From contig CBEUCH010000001.1 in NCBI GenBank assembly GCA_965541585.1, positions 320,001 through 384,000 of the forward strand: 64,000 nt of DNA, in the 5' to 3' direction. This stretch comes from an uncultured bacterium. GTDB lineage: Bacteria; Zixibacteria; MSB-5A5; UBA10806. Shown here one piece after another: positions 47,854-58,328 of the stretch. Each line of letters opens with the position of its first letter. Within the stretch, counting starts at the first letter, position 1. The notes beneath the pieces are model-generated. The model made no database searches. It saw nothing but the letters and a program-made list of their open reading frames with translations, and had not been told where the DNA came from. The position numbers and the translations under genes are program-made.

Positions 47854-48885
47854 CTAAAACTCGAAATGAATCGCGACGCCAATAGCATCTCCTTTTATCA
47901 TAGGAACAGTAACCAGGTTTGTCTTTCTATTTTCATGTAGCTTTATGACTGCGCTGGAAACAGCTATGCCGTAGATGGCGGCGATATAGACGTCGGATGG
48001 CCAGTGCGAATCCGATGTCACCCTCTGGAAAGCCACGGTTGTAGCGAGACCATAAAGAGTGAGCGTTGCCGGCCGGAATCTCAAGTGATGGGACAAAACA
48101 GTGGCCACCTGGAATATCGATGAGGCATGACCGGATGGAAACGACGTGCCCTTGTTGAACTCGAAGTTTCGCGGCCCCCTGCCATCGTGAGGGCGAGTCC
48201 GACCGACAACGATATTGGCCAGGTTTTTGACTCCACCCGCAATGAAATGAGATTCGAGGATTTGAGCCGATATTTCCATCAGAGGTCTGATTCTGAAAAC
48301 GTATCCGATTGCGAGGCCGCCAAAATAATACTTGTTGGTGTTACCCATCATGCCAATCGGTTCGAAAGTCTGGCCGATTCTTCTAAACGGCTTGTATAGT
48401 CTATCGTCCTGGTTGCGCTTTAGCCCGTCATAAATTTCCTGATCGTAGGCATAGAGTATTCCCGCTGTAGCCGTAAATGCTGTCAGCCAGTATGCGTCAC
48501 GCCGGCTTATCCTGGCGGGCGAGGAATAGATATGCCAGCTATCGGATAGATATATCTTTCCCATGTTGCCGAGATCCCGAAGCAAATGGCGTTTATTCTC
48601 GATTATCTGTTGCTCTTCCGCGCCGTTATCGTCAGAATATTGGCTGCTCATAAAGAGTAATTCCAGAGATCTCGTATATATGAACGGCGTCTCGGGGTAT
48701 ACACTGCTATATAGACGCGTAGGGAAAATCATTGAGTTTCTCCTGGCTTTCGATTCCTCAGCGATTGATTGCGAAATGCAAGATGTTGGCATTACAAGCA
48801 AGATTAATAAGACGCAGAACTTCTTATAATTCATATGATCACTGTATTTATCAATGAATATTGGCGTTAAACGATTACTTGTCAT
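47854..48885 (-). CDS. PAP2 family phosphatase, exported/membrane
   Basis: K.....GRTRP, SFPSGH, QRVTSDSHWPSDV; start may be ATG 48834. Confidence 0.9.
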   Translation of the reverse strand: MTSNRLTPIFIDKYSDHMNYKKFCVLLILLVMPTSCISQSIAEESKARRNSMIFPTRLYSSVYPETPFIYTRSLELLFMSSQYSDDNGAEEQQIIENKRHLLRDLGNMGKIYLSDSWHIYSSPARISRRDAYWLTAFTATAGILYAYDQEIYDGLKRNQDDRLYKPFRRIGQTFEPIGMMGNTNKYYFGGLAIGYVFRIRPLMEISAQILESHFIAGGVKNLANIVVGRTRPHDGRGPRNFEFNKGTSFPSGHASSIFQVATVLSHHLRFRPATLTLYGLATTVAFQRVTSDSHWPSDVYIAAIYGIAVSSAVIKLHENRKTNLVTVPMIKGDAIGVAIHFEF

Positions 48886-51800
48886 CTTCTACGGAATTTT
48901 CGCCCAGATCCATCGGCAAAATAATCGTAAATGTGGTTCCCCTTCCGACCTCGCTTTCCACCTTGATTTCGCCTCTGTGATCCTGGATTATCTGATAGCA
49001 AATGGAAAGCCCCAGCCCCGTGCCCACGCCGACGCCTTTGGTGGTGAAACCCGGATCGAAAACCCGCTTTAAATGTTCTGCAGATATGCCCGTACCATTG
49101 TCCTGAATTTCGATGAATACACTCTTGCCTTCTCTGTGGGTGGCTATTTTAATCTCGCCTTTATCCTTTATTGCCTGACTGGCGTTTACCAGCAGGTTTA
49201 GAAACACTTGATTGAGCGGTCCGGGATAGCAGGGAATAGGCGGGATATCGCCATAGTTCTTGATCACCACGGCCTTATGTTTTAATTCGTGGTGAATGAT
49301 GGTGAGAGTGTCTTCAAGCCCCTCGTGGATATCGGTTTTCTTCAGTTCGGCTTCGTCCAGTCGGGCAAAGCTTCTCAAGCGACGGACTATATTGGTTACT
49401 CTATCGGTGCCGGATTCGATGACCTTGTTGGCATCATCGATGATTCTGAGAATAGACTGCAGCTCCTGGTTTTGCTCGTACTGTTCCGATAAATTCGATC
49501 TGAGGATACCTTTGAGTTTTCGAGTAGAGCGGACGAGTGTATCGTGCATGCTGTTGACCGCACCAATTGGGGTATTGATTTCGTGTGCGATACCGGCTAC
49601 CAGCAGGCCCAGTGATGCCATTTTTTCGGATTGAATAAGCTGAATCTGGGTCTCTTTTAGGTGCTTATTGGCTTGAGCGAGATCTTCCAGGACCTTCATT
49701 TTTTCGGTGATATCATGGGCAACGCCGATGTAGGAAACCACATTTCCGTTCTCGTCTTTAAGCGGTGATGCACTTGACGTATGCCACCTCCAGCTTCCAT
49801 CCTTGTGCTTTACGCGGTATTCTATACCGCTCATGGTTTCACCAGCCATAACCTTCTCGAAGTAATCCATACAGGCCTGCAAGTCGTCCGGATGGACGAA
49901 CAGTGCAAAGGACGATCCCTGAACCTCTGAAACATCGTGCCCCAGTATGGAGGTCCAGTTGGGTGGGACATAAGAAAACACTCCCTCGGGTGTGAGAGAA
50001 TAGATGATATCGTTAGCTTTTTCCACCAGATTTCTGAACCGCTCCTCGCTGGCCTGAAGCGCTTCTTCAGCCCTTTTGCGTTTAGAGATGTCGCGTCCCA
50101 TTCCCGCAAAACAGATCAATTCTCCGGAATCGTCATAAATAGGAAAGAGGGACAGATCGATATCGATATTATCGCCCTTCTTATTGTGAATTTTTATCTC
50201 GCCTCGAAATGAATCCTTTTTGGCTATCGCCTCATCAACGGCCGCGAGACTTTCATCGCAAATGAACTCGGCGAGGGATTTGCCATATAATTCGTCATCG
50301 GAAAATCCGCTATATTGCCTGTGTGCGGGATTTCGCTCTATTATTTTGCCATCGGGATCTATAAGGGTGATGCCATCGCTTGTGTGCATGAAAATCTCTT
50401 TGTAGAGTTTGAGCTTTTCTTCAGCCTCCCTTTGCTCTGTGACATCTATGCCACTTGCGATTATATATTCTACATCGCCATCGTCATTTGTAAGGGCGGT
50501 ATTGGACCAGGCGATGAGCCTTCTGGAACCGTCTTTGGTCAGCCAATAATTTTCATGGGTATTTGGGAAATGGCCGGCCTTGAGACTCTTAAATATATTC
50601 CTTACCTGCTCCAACTCTTCGGCGATTAAGAATAAATCCCAGACATGTTTGCCCCTTACCTCGTCGAATCTATAGCCCGTTGTATCCTGGCAAGCCTGAT
50701 TGAACTGAACGATGCATCCATCCGAATCGAGAACCACCACCAGAGCGCCTGCCGTATCCAGTACGGCGCTGACGAAATTGCGCTCCCAGCGGAGCGCTTC
50801 TTCCATCTGTTTTCTTTGATGAATATCATGGATGCCCCCGATGATAGATGGTTCTCCGCCCATTTCAGCTATTACCAGCGAGAATATGGCCCAGAATACA
50901 GTACCATCCAGCTTCTTCAATCGGACCTCAAAGTTTTTAAGATAGCCATCCCTTTGCAGTCTCTCGATCACGGTCTTTCTATCATCAGGATCATAATAGA
51001 AATCCGGTGACTTCCTGCCGATCAAATCTTTCGCGGTGGTCCCGATCAGCTGTCCCAGATGCTCGTTTGCGTACATTATCTCCCCATCGCCGAGCCGGGT
51101 AATGATCAATGGTACGGGTGAAGCTTCAATTATGGTATGTATCTGTTCTTCTGCCTTTTTCAGCCCCGTTACATCGGAGAATATCCATAACCGCCCCAGT
51201 TCCTGGTTGTTTTTATCCAGCACCGGCATGGAAAAAAGCGATATGATTCTGGATTTCGGTTTGGTCAGCAGGAACGATCTTTCTAATATCTTTTTAATCT
51301 CCATGTCATCATCGGATGAATCAGGATTTTCAGTCAACCTCTTACATAATCTTTCAAACCTATCCTGGTCTTTAACCAATCCTTTGATGCGATTAAGGAA
51401 GTCATTGATGTTGGTGTTAAATATCTTCTCTGTTTCGATGCCGAAATAATCCCTGGTGTAGCGGTTTCCGGCAGTAATTTTGCCCTCATTGTTAGCCATG
51501 AGTATAACGTTGGGGGATGAATCGAGGATGGCCTGCAATTCGTCTCTGCCTTTTGAAAGATCTTCGAGAAGCCTGCCCATCTGTAGATTTTTTTCTTCGA
51601 GTTGTTCCTGGATTGCCAGAAGATCGATATTGGCGCGGGCCAGTTCTATTGTGTTGCTTTCCAACTGCCTGGTTCTATCCGTAAGTTTTACGTTGGCTTC
51701 CTTTAAGGACTTCGTCCTCTCGATCACTTTTCTATCGAGCGATTGATATACCCTGATGTTATCCAGCGCCATTCCCACCATGTTGGCAAAAGTTTCAAAG

Positions 51801-53077
51801 CGGGTTTTATCCTGGGCGTCCATTTCACGCCTGTGATGCTGCATATTTCCTATGATAAGGCCGATCGGTTTATTTTCTGCCCTGATGGGACTTATGATGA
51901 CCGACTTGGTGCGGATGATTTTCTTCCCGCCCCGCGGCCATAAAGGATCGGTATTAAGATCTGGAATAAAGATCGTTTCGTTTTTTTCGATGCTTTTCCT
52001 GAAGTGCGGGGGAGGATTGGTAGAAAAAGATTTCGAATTCTGGAGAAAGTTGGCAAGAATCCGCGGGGGATCCTTCTCAAAACAGTAGGAGCGAAGGGTA
52101 AATGTTCCGTTCTCGAACAGGACGAGGAAAGCCCGGTCGAAATCCAGTGTATGCGTGAGAAATTCCGGAACCTCATTGAGAAGTTCCTCCTCGTCGAATA
52201 TCCCTGAGAGCCGGCCGGATAACTCGCTTAACGCCTCGAGCTGACGATTGGAGTACTCAAGCCGTGAGGTGCGCTCCTCGACCATCTTTTCCAGCCCGAG
52301 CGAATATTCCTTCAGTCTGGCTTCGAGTCTCTTACGCTCGGTGACGTCGCGCGCGATACCGTCATTTCTGATGACCTGTCCGTCTTCAAAGACCAGGCGG
52401 CGTCTTATCTCGAAATCCTTCACTTCGCCTGACTTTGAAATCATCCGGAATTCAAGCGCTCTTATCTTATCATCCTTGTTGTTGATCGATTTTTTCAATT
52501 TTAGTATTACCGAATCCATGTCCCCAGGGTGGATGAAATCAAATACGGACTTGCCGAGGACTTCGCTCTCTTTGTACTCCAATATTTGCTCTGCAGCCGG
52601 GCTAACGCTCAAAAATACGCCGCCTGGATCGAGAGAATAGACAATATCCGGAACATTGTCCGAAATCATTTTCAGCATCGACTCCGATTGCCGGAGCCGT
52701 CTTTGCATCAGGGTGTTATCATAGGCCTGACGGATGGAGGTGTCTATCTCTCCAATATCTACCGGCTTCAATACAAAATTGAACGCCCCCTGGCTGATTG
52801 TCTTAACAGCTTTTGGAATCGTTCCATGGGCTGTTAGGATAATCACCGGTAATTCCGGGGCGATCTTTTTCGCACGTTTTAAAACGGTCAGTCCGCCCAT
52901 CACCGGCATGTTGAGATCGCAGAGGATTACATCGAACGCGCCCGTTTCCAGAAACTTAAGGCCGCTCTGACCCGATGCTGCAGGCCTGACTGAAAATCCT
53001 CTCGAGCGGAGCTGCTTGCTTAACTCCCGCCGCTGTTTTCCATCATCCTCTATGTACAATACTCTTATTCTATCCAT
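48875..53077 (-). CDS. Cytoplasmic hybrid sensor histidine kinase: REC-PAS-GAF-(PAS)x5-HisKA-HATPase
   Basis: N-terminal receiver (IEDD, CDLNMP), repeated PAS/PAC, AGIAHEINTP, NQVFLNLLVNA, DNGTG, FTTKGVGVGTGLGL. Confidence 0.93.
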   Translation of the reverse strand: MDRIRVLYIEDDGKQRRELSKQLRSRGFSVRPAASGQSGLKFLETGAFDVILCDLNMPVMGGLTVLKRAKKIAPELPVIILTAHGTIPKAVKTISQGAFNFVLKPVDIGEIDTSIRQAYDNTLMQRRLRQSESMLKMISDNVPDIVYSLDPGGVFLSVSPAAEQILEYKESEVLGKSVFDFIHPGDMDSVILKLKKSINNKDDKIRALEFRMISKSGEVKDFEIRRRLVFEDGQVIRNDGIARDVTERKRLEARLKEYSLGLEKMVEERTSRLEYSNRQLEALSELSGRLSGIFDEEELLNEVPEFLTHTLDFDRAFLVLFENGTFTLRSYCFEKDPPRILANFLQNSKSFSTNPPPHFRKSIEKNETIFIPDLNTDPLWPRGGKKIIRTKSVIISPIRAENKPIGLIIGNMQHHRREMDAQDKTRFETFANMVGMALDNIRVYQSLDRKVIERTKSLKEANVKLTDRTRQLESNTIELARANIDLLAIQEQLEEKNLQMGRLLEDLSKGRDELQAILDSSPNVILMANNEGKITAGNRYTRDYFGIETEKIFNTNINDFLNRIKGLVKDQDRFERLCKRLTENPDSSDDDMEIKKILERSFLLTKPKSRIISLFSMPVLDKNNQELGRLWIFSDVTGLKKAEEQIHTIIEASPVPLIITRLGDGEIMYANEHLGQLIGTTAKDLIGRKSPDFYYDPDDRKTVIERLQRDGYLKNFEVRLKKLDGTVFWAIFSLVIAEMGGEPSIIGGIHDIHQRKQMEEALRWERNFVSAVLDTAGALVVVLDSDGCIVQFNQACQDTTGYRFDEVRGKHVWDLFLIAEELEQVRNIFKSLKAGHFPNTHENYWLTKDGSRRLIAWSNTALTNDDGDVEYIIASGIDVTEQREAEEKLKLYKEIFMHTSDGITLIDPDGKIIERNPAHRQYSGFSDDELYGKSLAEFICDESLAAVDEAIAKKDSFRGEIKIHNKKGDNIDIDLSLFPIYDDSGELICFAGMGRDISKRKRAEEALQASEERFRNLVEKANDIIYSLTPEGVFSYVPPNWTSILGHDVSEVQGSSFALFVHPDDLQACMDYFEKVMAGETMSGIEYRVKHKDGSWRWHTSSASPLKDENGNVVSYIGVAHDITEKMKVLEDLAQANKHLKETQIQLIQSEKMASLGLLVAGIAHEINTPIGAVNSMHDTLVRSTRKLKGILRSNLSEQYEQNQELQSILRIIDDANKVIESGTDRVTNIVRRLRSFARLDEAELKKTDIHEGLEDTLTIIHHELKHKAVVIKNYGDIPPIPCYPGPLNQVFLNLLVNASQAIKDKGEIKIATHREGKSVFIEIQDNGTGISAEHLKRVFDPGFTTKGVGVGTGLGLSICYQIIQDHRGEIKVESEVGRGTTFTIILPMDLGENSVEDDK

Positions 53078-53369
53078 ACGCCTATCCCGCCAAACTCCTT
53101 ACTTAAGAGTTCCTGCTGATTTTCGCAGGGGAAAATACCACATTTGAATTGCGAAATCAACCGGGCGCATATTGATTGTCCTTTTGCCTTGAGAGCGTTG
53201 CAGAATATCCAGGGACCTGAATTGAGATATATGGCTTCGGTTGGCTGTCAGGAAAAGAAATAGGCGTGAGGCGACGGTTAGCAATTATATAGCATAAGAG
53301 CGATATTATTTGGGTAGATACTAAATCCGATGCGGAGCCGCTCCCTCCAACCTGTTGGAAGAAAACGTA

Positions 53370-53882
53370 TTACGCCCCGCCACCGGGTGTGCGAAGGTTC
53401 AGCGTTTCTATGATCCAACAGGCTATCTCGGATCCTCTATCCGGATCAAAGTTGGTTATTTCGGGCAACACCTTTTGTGCCGATACCGTGGCAACCAGCA
53501 ATCGGTTTCCCTTATGGAGCGGTTTGGCTCCGGCGGCCACACATTCAATTATCTGGATATCCTTATTTGCAATTCCCTCCCAGAACACGATGTCTTTATC
53601 ACGAAACAGCGACTCCTCCAGTCGTTTCCGTGTATCCGGATCAGGCATTGATGAATGACAGACCCACTTATTCGGCGATATTATGATCGCCGTTTCACTT
53701 CCGGCTTTTCTGTATCTCCAGGAATCGGTTTCAGGTCGATCGAACTCATGGTCATGGGAGGTATGCTTAACAGTGGCGCTCCTGTATCCGAGGCGAGCAA
53801 ACTTCGCCGTTAAAAGCACAATGAGCTTGGTCTTACCGCTATTTTTCTGACCTGCGATACAAATGTGAGCCGGCATACTCAA
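53370..53882 (-). CDS. mobB: Molybdopterin-guanine dinucleotide biosynthesis protein B
   Basis: GQKNSGKT P-loop, VKHTSHDHEFDRPETDSWR. Confidence 0.88.
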   Translation of the reverse strand: MSMPAHICIAGQKNSGKTKLIVLLTAKFARLGYRSATVKHTSHDHEFDRPETDSWRYRKAGSETAIIISPNKWVCHSSMPDPDTRKRLEESLFRDKDIVFWEGIANKDIQIIECVAAGAKPLHKGNRLLVATVSAQKVLPEITNFDPDRGSEIACWIIETLNLRTPGGGA

Positions 53883-53945
53883 CCTCTTATATCTCCTCTC
53901 AATTCTTGCCAGTTGCCGTTGTCAATGCGGAATGAATTCCCTGAC

Positions 53946-54953
53946 TCAGCCGCCTATTCTCCGCATCGAGGGCTTGAAACGACCAATCGATATGTCGCCC
54001 GGTATTCGCCTGAACTCGGGGCTGGCAATTGCCGCGCGGATGTAATCTTTCACATCCCCGTCGTCTCCGCCGTTATGCAGTATATCCTTGATATTCAGGT
54101 GTTTTCCTTTGAACAGGCAACCTATCAACTCTCCGGAAGAGGTTAGCCGCAAGCGATTACACAGGTTACAGAATCCCCTGCTCACCGCCGAGATAAAGCT
54201 TATGCGCCCGGGATAATCCTGAAAGCGGAAGGTTTTGGCCGGACCGGAGCTCTTAATGGAACTGCAATCCTCATCGAGTTCCAATTCTATTTTACCGCGA
54301 ATCTCCTCCTCGCCGACAAAAAGATCCGGTCCCCATCCGGATTCGTTCGTTGGCATGAATTCAATAAAACGAATATCGATCTTATGATTCAGAGCCCACC
54401 GAGCCATCGAGGAGATTTCTTCATTGTTTACCCCTCGCATTACAACGGTATTTATTTTAATGAGCGGAAAGGCACCGCATTTTTCAGCCTCGATTATCCC
54501 GGAGTAAACTTTCTCGAAACCATCAACGCCTGTAATCATCCGAAAGGTGTTCTTTTTTAAGGAATCCAGGCTTACGTTGAGTCGGCTCAGACCAGCATCA
54601 ACGAGCGCGGGCAGAAAATGGTTCAGGCGAAGACCATTCGTGGTCAGCCCGATTAGCGAAATGTTGCCCGAACCGGACGTTTCACTGATGATATTAACTA
54701 TACCTTCCCTGAGTAACGGCTCCCCCCCGGTGAACCTCACCTTACTGATGCCCAATGCTGCAAATGAGTCTATAAGCCGCATCATTTCACGATTGCTCAG
54801 CTGTCCCCGGTCCGTCTCAGCCTTGTTGGAGGAACCATAGCAATAGCCGCATCGGAGGTTGCACCGCTCCGTCAGAGAAACCCGAAGGTACGTAATCGGG
54901 CGGCCCATGAAATCGATCAATCCTGTTTTGTTGTTCAGTGAATCCATCTCCAT
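53946..54953 (-). CDS. moaA: GTP 3',8-cyclase
   Basis: YLRVSLTERCNLRCGYC, FCNLCNRLRLT...CL, C-terminal MRRIGG; start placed at ATG 54953. Confidence 0.93.
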   Translation of the reverse strand: MEMDSLNNKTGLIDFMGRPITYLRVSLTERCNLRCGYCYGSSNKAETDRGQLSNREMMRLIDSFAALGISKVRFTGGEPLLREGIVNIISETSGSGNISLIGLTTNGLRLNHFLPALVDAGLSRLNVSLDSLKKNTFRMITGVDGFEKVYSGIIEAEKCGAFPLIKINTVVMRGVNNEEISSMARWALNHKIDIRFIEFMPTNESGWGPDLFVGEEEIRGKIELELDEDCSSIKSSGPAKTFRFQDYPGRISFISAVSRGFCNLCNRLRLTSSGELIGCLFKGKHLNIKDILHNGGDDGDVKDYIRAAIASPEFRRIPGDISIGRFKPSMRRIGG

Positions 54954-54965
54954 AAATGTCCCGTT

Positions 54966-54996
54966 AAGAAAAACCCCCACCGATCAGGCAGGGGTT
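54966..54996 (-). terminator. Intrinsic terminator (riboswitch expression platform) before moaA
   Basis: Minus strand reads AACCCCTGCC-TGATC-GGTGGGGGTT-TTTCTT. Confidence 0.7.
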
Positions 54997-55017
54997 AATC
55001 CGATGATTCCGGAGTGA

Positions 55018-55107
55018 CCTCCTTTGCCAGAATCGGGCAGGTCGGGGAATCGCTTCCCCGGCCGTAGAGTCCCCACCATCCAACATGGGATTTGCGGGGT
55101 TCGGAGG
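55018..55107 (-). ncRNA. Moco (molybdenum/tungsten cofactor) riboswitch-like RNA motif
   Basis: Minus strand CCTCCGAA...CTACGG-CC-GGGGAA-GCGA-TTCCCC-GACCTGCCCG...TGGCAAAGGAGG resembles the Moco motif frame (CUCCGA...CCUCCCG...UGGAAAGGAG); sits upstream of moaA. Confidence 0.72.
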
Positions 55108-55119
55108 ATAGGGGTTTAA

Positions 55120-55797
55120 TTAATCAGCTTCCGCCATCACCTCTTTCTCGTATTCAATAAACTGTTTCGTTAACAGTAACACCGAGGCATAGAACGTTTG
55201 CGGCTTCATCTGTCCAACTCGCTCGAAAAATTTTTCAACCCAGGATGCCACGTAGGTTTTGAAAAACTGTCTCTGAATCCTATCCGCCTCCTGACAGGCA
55301 TCGAGATTTTCGCTTTTGGAAGTCTCGCGTCTGGCAAGAATCAATCTTTCCATGAACTCAAACAAAACGGAAATGTGATCCGGGATTATGCCCGGCCTGG
55401 TTAATTTCAGGCCATAATGCTCCATGAACCGCTTGACCTCGCCGGTTGTGCTCCCCCATAACTCGCCCGACCTGTCATCGTCCTCTCTATGCACAGAGGC
55501 ATATAGCGGGACGTGAGACCCCGGGCCGATAAAAAGGCGAGCAAATTCCGTTGACAGCGATTCGTAATCCAGCGAAGGAATGCTCTTTGCTTCCTTAAAA
55601 CTACCATTTACATCAGCGAGCATTCTGAAAAATCCTATGCGATGCAGTTCGTCGGCGAATTCGGGCGTAAGCTCATGGTCATATAGCCTCGCCAGAACAC
55701 CGTAAAGAGCACCCCTGACGTTGTCGGGGTACTCCTTACCGGTTGTTGATGCGTCGTCCTCAGGACGAAGAGACGAGAAAGTTGATGATTCCATCAT
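55120..55797 (-). CDS. TorD/DmsD family redox enzyme maturation chaperone
   Basis: EFARLFIGPG..VPLYASV, PDHISVLFEFM. Confidence 0.9.
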   Translation of the reverse strand: MMESSTFSSLRPEDDASTTGKEYPDNVRGALYGVLARLYDHELTPEFADELHRIGFFRMLADVNGSFKEAKSIPSLDYESLSTEFARLFIGPGSHVPLYASVHREDDDRSGELWGSTTGEVKRFMEHYGLKLTRPGIIPDHISVLFEFMERLILARRETSKSENLDACQEADRIQRQFFKTYVASWVEKFFERVGQMKPQTFYASVLLLTKQFIEYEKEVMAEAD

Positions 55798-58328
55798 GCC
55801 TTGCTAACGGTAACCACGGTGTCCATCCACCGCTGGCCTCCTCCGATAGGATCGCCGGAATTGGGTATTATCCAGTTCGGGTGAACGCCCTTGTCTTTCC
55901 ACCAGATGCGATTGGTCTCGGAATCGAGAGCATCGCTTGTTTTATCAGCCATGGGATTGGAAACCCCGTTGGCGGTGGCGAAACGACCCCACTGCCAATG
56001 GCCGCAATGGTAACTTATAGCGATAACACCCGGGATAATTCCCTCTATGACATGGGCTTTGGTCGTTATCTCACCGATGGAAGACCGGACCTTAATACTG
56101 TCGCCGTCCTTGATGTTGAATTTACCGGCTGTCGCGGGATTTATAAGGGCAGGGTTCTCATGGTAGATCTCGCTTAGATATTTACAGCCCTGGGTTCGGG
56201 AATGGGTCTGGACATTGACCTTGTAGGTAGTCAGAATCAAATCGTTTTCACCAAGCTTCTGATGCTCGGGAATCGGTATATAGGCTGGTATTGCCGAGAA
56301 TCCCGCGCCTTTGATAAAATGCGATTTCAATTCTAACAGACCGCTTTTGGCAACCTTATCGGGTTTGAAACCGACATAATAGTCGCCGTCCACTTCCTGG
56401 CAGACATAGGCTTTGTAATCTTTCCAGGAACCGCCATCCGCACCATAGTTTCCGTTCCCTGTTTTCTTGGGATCGTAAACGGTACCGGATTTATTCTTTT
56501 TCCATTTGCCGGATGCCAGATTTGCCTCGACCTCGGCCTTGTCCTTCTTCTTTGTGTGTTTTTGGTATTGGGGTTTAGCGGCTTTGTCGTACCAGGCACC
56601 GTGATCTTTCATGTACGCGAATCCCCCGGCCTCTTTCACGCCGGGCGTGTGCTCGCAAGCGTCACGGACAAATTCCTCGGCGCTGCCTAATGACATGGCC
56701 TTTGCCACGTCTCCGCCCAGACGTTTGCCGATATCGCAGGCCACGTCGATGAAATTTCTGGCCTCTCCCAGGGGTTCGACCACGGGCTGCCGGATATAGA
56801 ATTCGGGGATCATATCGTAGGAAACCATATCATCCCAATCCCAGCGCTCGAGATAAGTCGCATCCGGGAGAATCAGGTCTGCAAGATCGGCGGTTTCCGA
56901 GTAGGCCACGTCGATCACTACCACGTACGGGATTATCGATTCGTCCTTTAAAACGTCGATGTTCTTCTGACAATCTCCATTTACGTAAACCGGGTTATAA
57001 CAGAACACCATATAGATCTCAGGGCGTTCTGCTCCTGGAATATCAGCTATGCAACCCAGAACCTGGTGGCAGCTATGGTGGGTGGCGTAAGCATATGCTC
57101 CCTCGGGGGCGAATACGTGCTTCAGCTTCTTCGTTTTCGCTTTCGGCGGCTTGTAGGAATTTTTCCATTTCGCTCCGACAGCCGGACAGGTTCCGCCCGG
57201 AACGTCTATATGTCCGCAAATGGCATCGAGCATCTTGCATGCACGTTCGGTTTCCACGCCGTTATAGTGAGTAACCGCTCCGCGATATGACACCAGAGTC
57301 CCCGGTTTCGCGGCGGCGAATTCACGCGCAATTCTCTCAATATCGGCCGCGGGCACACCGGATATCTTTTCCGCCCATGCAGGGGTCATATCCTTCAGGT
57401 GGCCTTTCAACTCTTTCACCGAAACATTGGTCCATTTCGAAATGAATTCGTTGTCATAGAGGTCGTTCGACATAACGACATTGCACATGGCCAGTATGAC
57501 TGCTGAGTCCGTACCGGGCTTAATCGGATACCACTCGTCAGATTTCGATGCGGTGTTGGAAAACCTCACATCGAATGTTACTATCTTGGCTCCGCGTTCT
57601 ACTTTGGCGGCAATGGCCCTCTGCGACAGTGGGATATGGGATGTATGAGTCTCGAAAAAGTTGCAGCCGAAATTGAGTATATAGTTGGTGCGGGCCACGT
57701 CGTTGACATCATAATGATGACCCCACACCAGCTCCTGGGCGGTCCACTTGGCGCTCTCGCAGATAGCAGTATGACCGTCAACCGTTCCCGTTCCATATGC
57801 CGGCAGGAAGAATTTCTTCAAAATCGTCGATGAAGAACCCTTCATACGGCCGTAATGAAACATGAACTTTTCCGGTTTCCCTTTATCGCGGAGATCCTTC
57901 AGCTTGCCGGTCAATTCACCCAGGGCATCATCCCAGGAAACCCTCTTCCATTTGCCCTCGCCCCGTTTACCGACGCGTTTCATGGGGAACATGATACGAT
58001 CGGGATTATACACCTGGCCGACCCCTCCCTGACCACGAGAGCAGAGCTTTCCATTGGTTCTGGGGAGTTCGGGATTCCCTTCTATATGAGTTAGCCTGCC
58101 ATCTTCGACATAGCCAATAATCCCATCCCGCGACACACACTGCCAGCAGGCTGAGGCCACTCTCTTGCGCTCTTTGCCGGTGGCCGGGGAAAAGTCTTTT
58201 CCGCCCTCCAGGAGCACGGTGCCGTGAAGATTAGAACCATAGGCTTCTGTTCCCAATAATCCTGCTGAGGAAGCAGCAACTCCAGCCAGGCCGATATTTC
58301 TCAAAAATTCTCTTCTATTCTTATTCAT
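55794..58328 (-). CDS. Tat-exported DMSO-reductase-family molybdopterin oxidoreductase catalytic subunit (Psr/Phs/Arr/Arx-like lineage)
   Basis: NRREFL Tat signal; CWQCVSRD...KLCSRG; GHTAICE (Cys Mo ligand position); ADLILPDATYLE; HSRT. Confidence 0.88.
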   Translation of the reverse strand: MNKNRREFLRNIGLAGVAASSAGLLGTEAYGSNLHGTVLLEGGKDFSPATGKERKRVASACWQCVSRDGIIGYVEDGRLTHIEGNPELPRTNGKLCSRGQGGVGQVYNPDRIMFPMKRVGKRGEGKWKRVSWDDALGELTGKLKDLRDKGKPEKFMFHYGRMKGSSSTILKKFFLPAYGTGTVDGHTAICESAKWTAQELVWGHHYDVNDVARTNYILNFGCNFFETHTSHIPLSQRAIAAKVERGAKIVTFDVRFSNTASKSDEWYPIKPGTDSAVILAMCNVVMSNDLYDNEFISKWTNVSVKELKGHLKDMTPAWAEKISGVPAADIERIAREFAAAKPGTLVSYRGAVTHYNGVETERACKMLDAICGHIDVPGGTCPAVGAKWKNSYKPPKAKTKKLKHVFAPEGAYAYATHHSCHQVLGCIADIPGAERPEIYMVFCYNPVYVNGDCQKNIDVLKDESIIPYVVVIDVAYSETADLADLILPDATYLERWDWDDMVSYDMIPEFYIRQPVVEPLGEARNFIDVACDIGKRLGGDVAKAMSLGSAEEFVRDACEHTPGVKEAGGFAYMKDHGAWYDKAAKPQYQKHTKKKDKAEVEANLASGKWKKNKSGTVYDPKKTGNGNYGADGGSWKDYKAYVCQEVDGDYYVGFKPDKVAKSGLLELKSHFIKGAGFSAIPAYIPIPEHQKLGENDLILTTYKVNVQTHSRTQGCKYLSEIYHENPALINPATAGKFNIKDGDSIKVRSSIGEITTKAHVIEGIIPGVIAISYHCGHWQWGRFATANGVSNPMADKTSDALDSETNRIWWKDKGVHPNWIIPNSGDPIGGGQRWMDTVVTVSKA

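Noticed and set aside
55794..58328. Naming the gene arrA, arxA or psrA, or calling a selenocysteine enzyme
   Set aside because: Diagnostic motifs match none cleanly, and the ORF has no in-frame TGA
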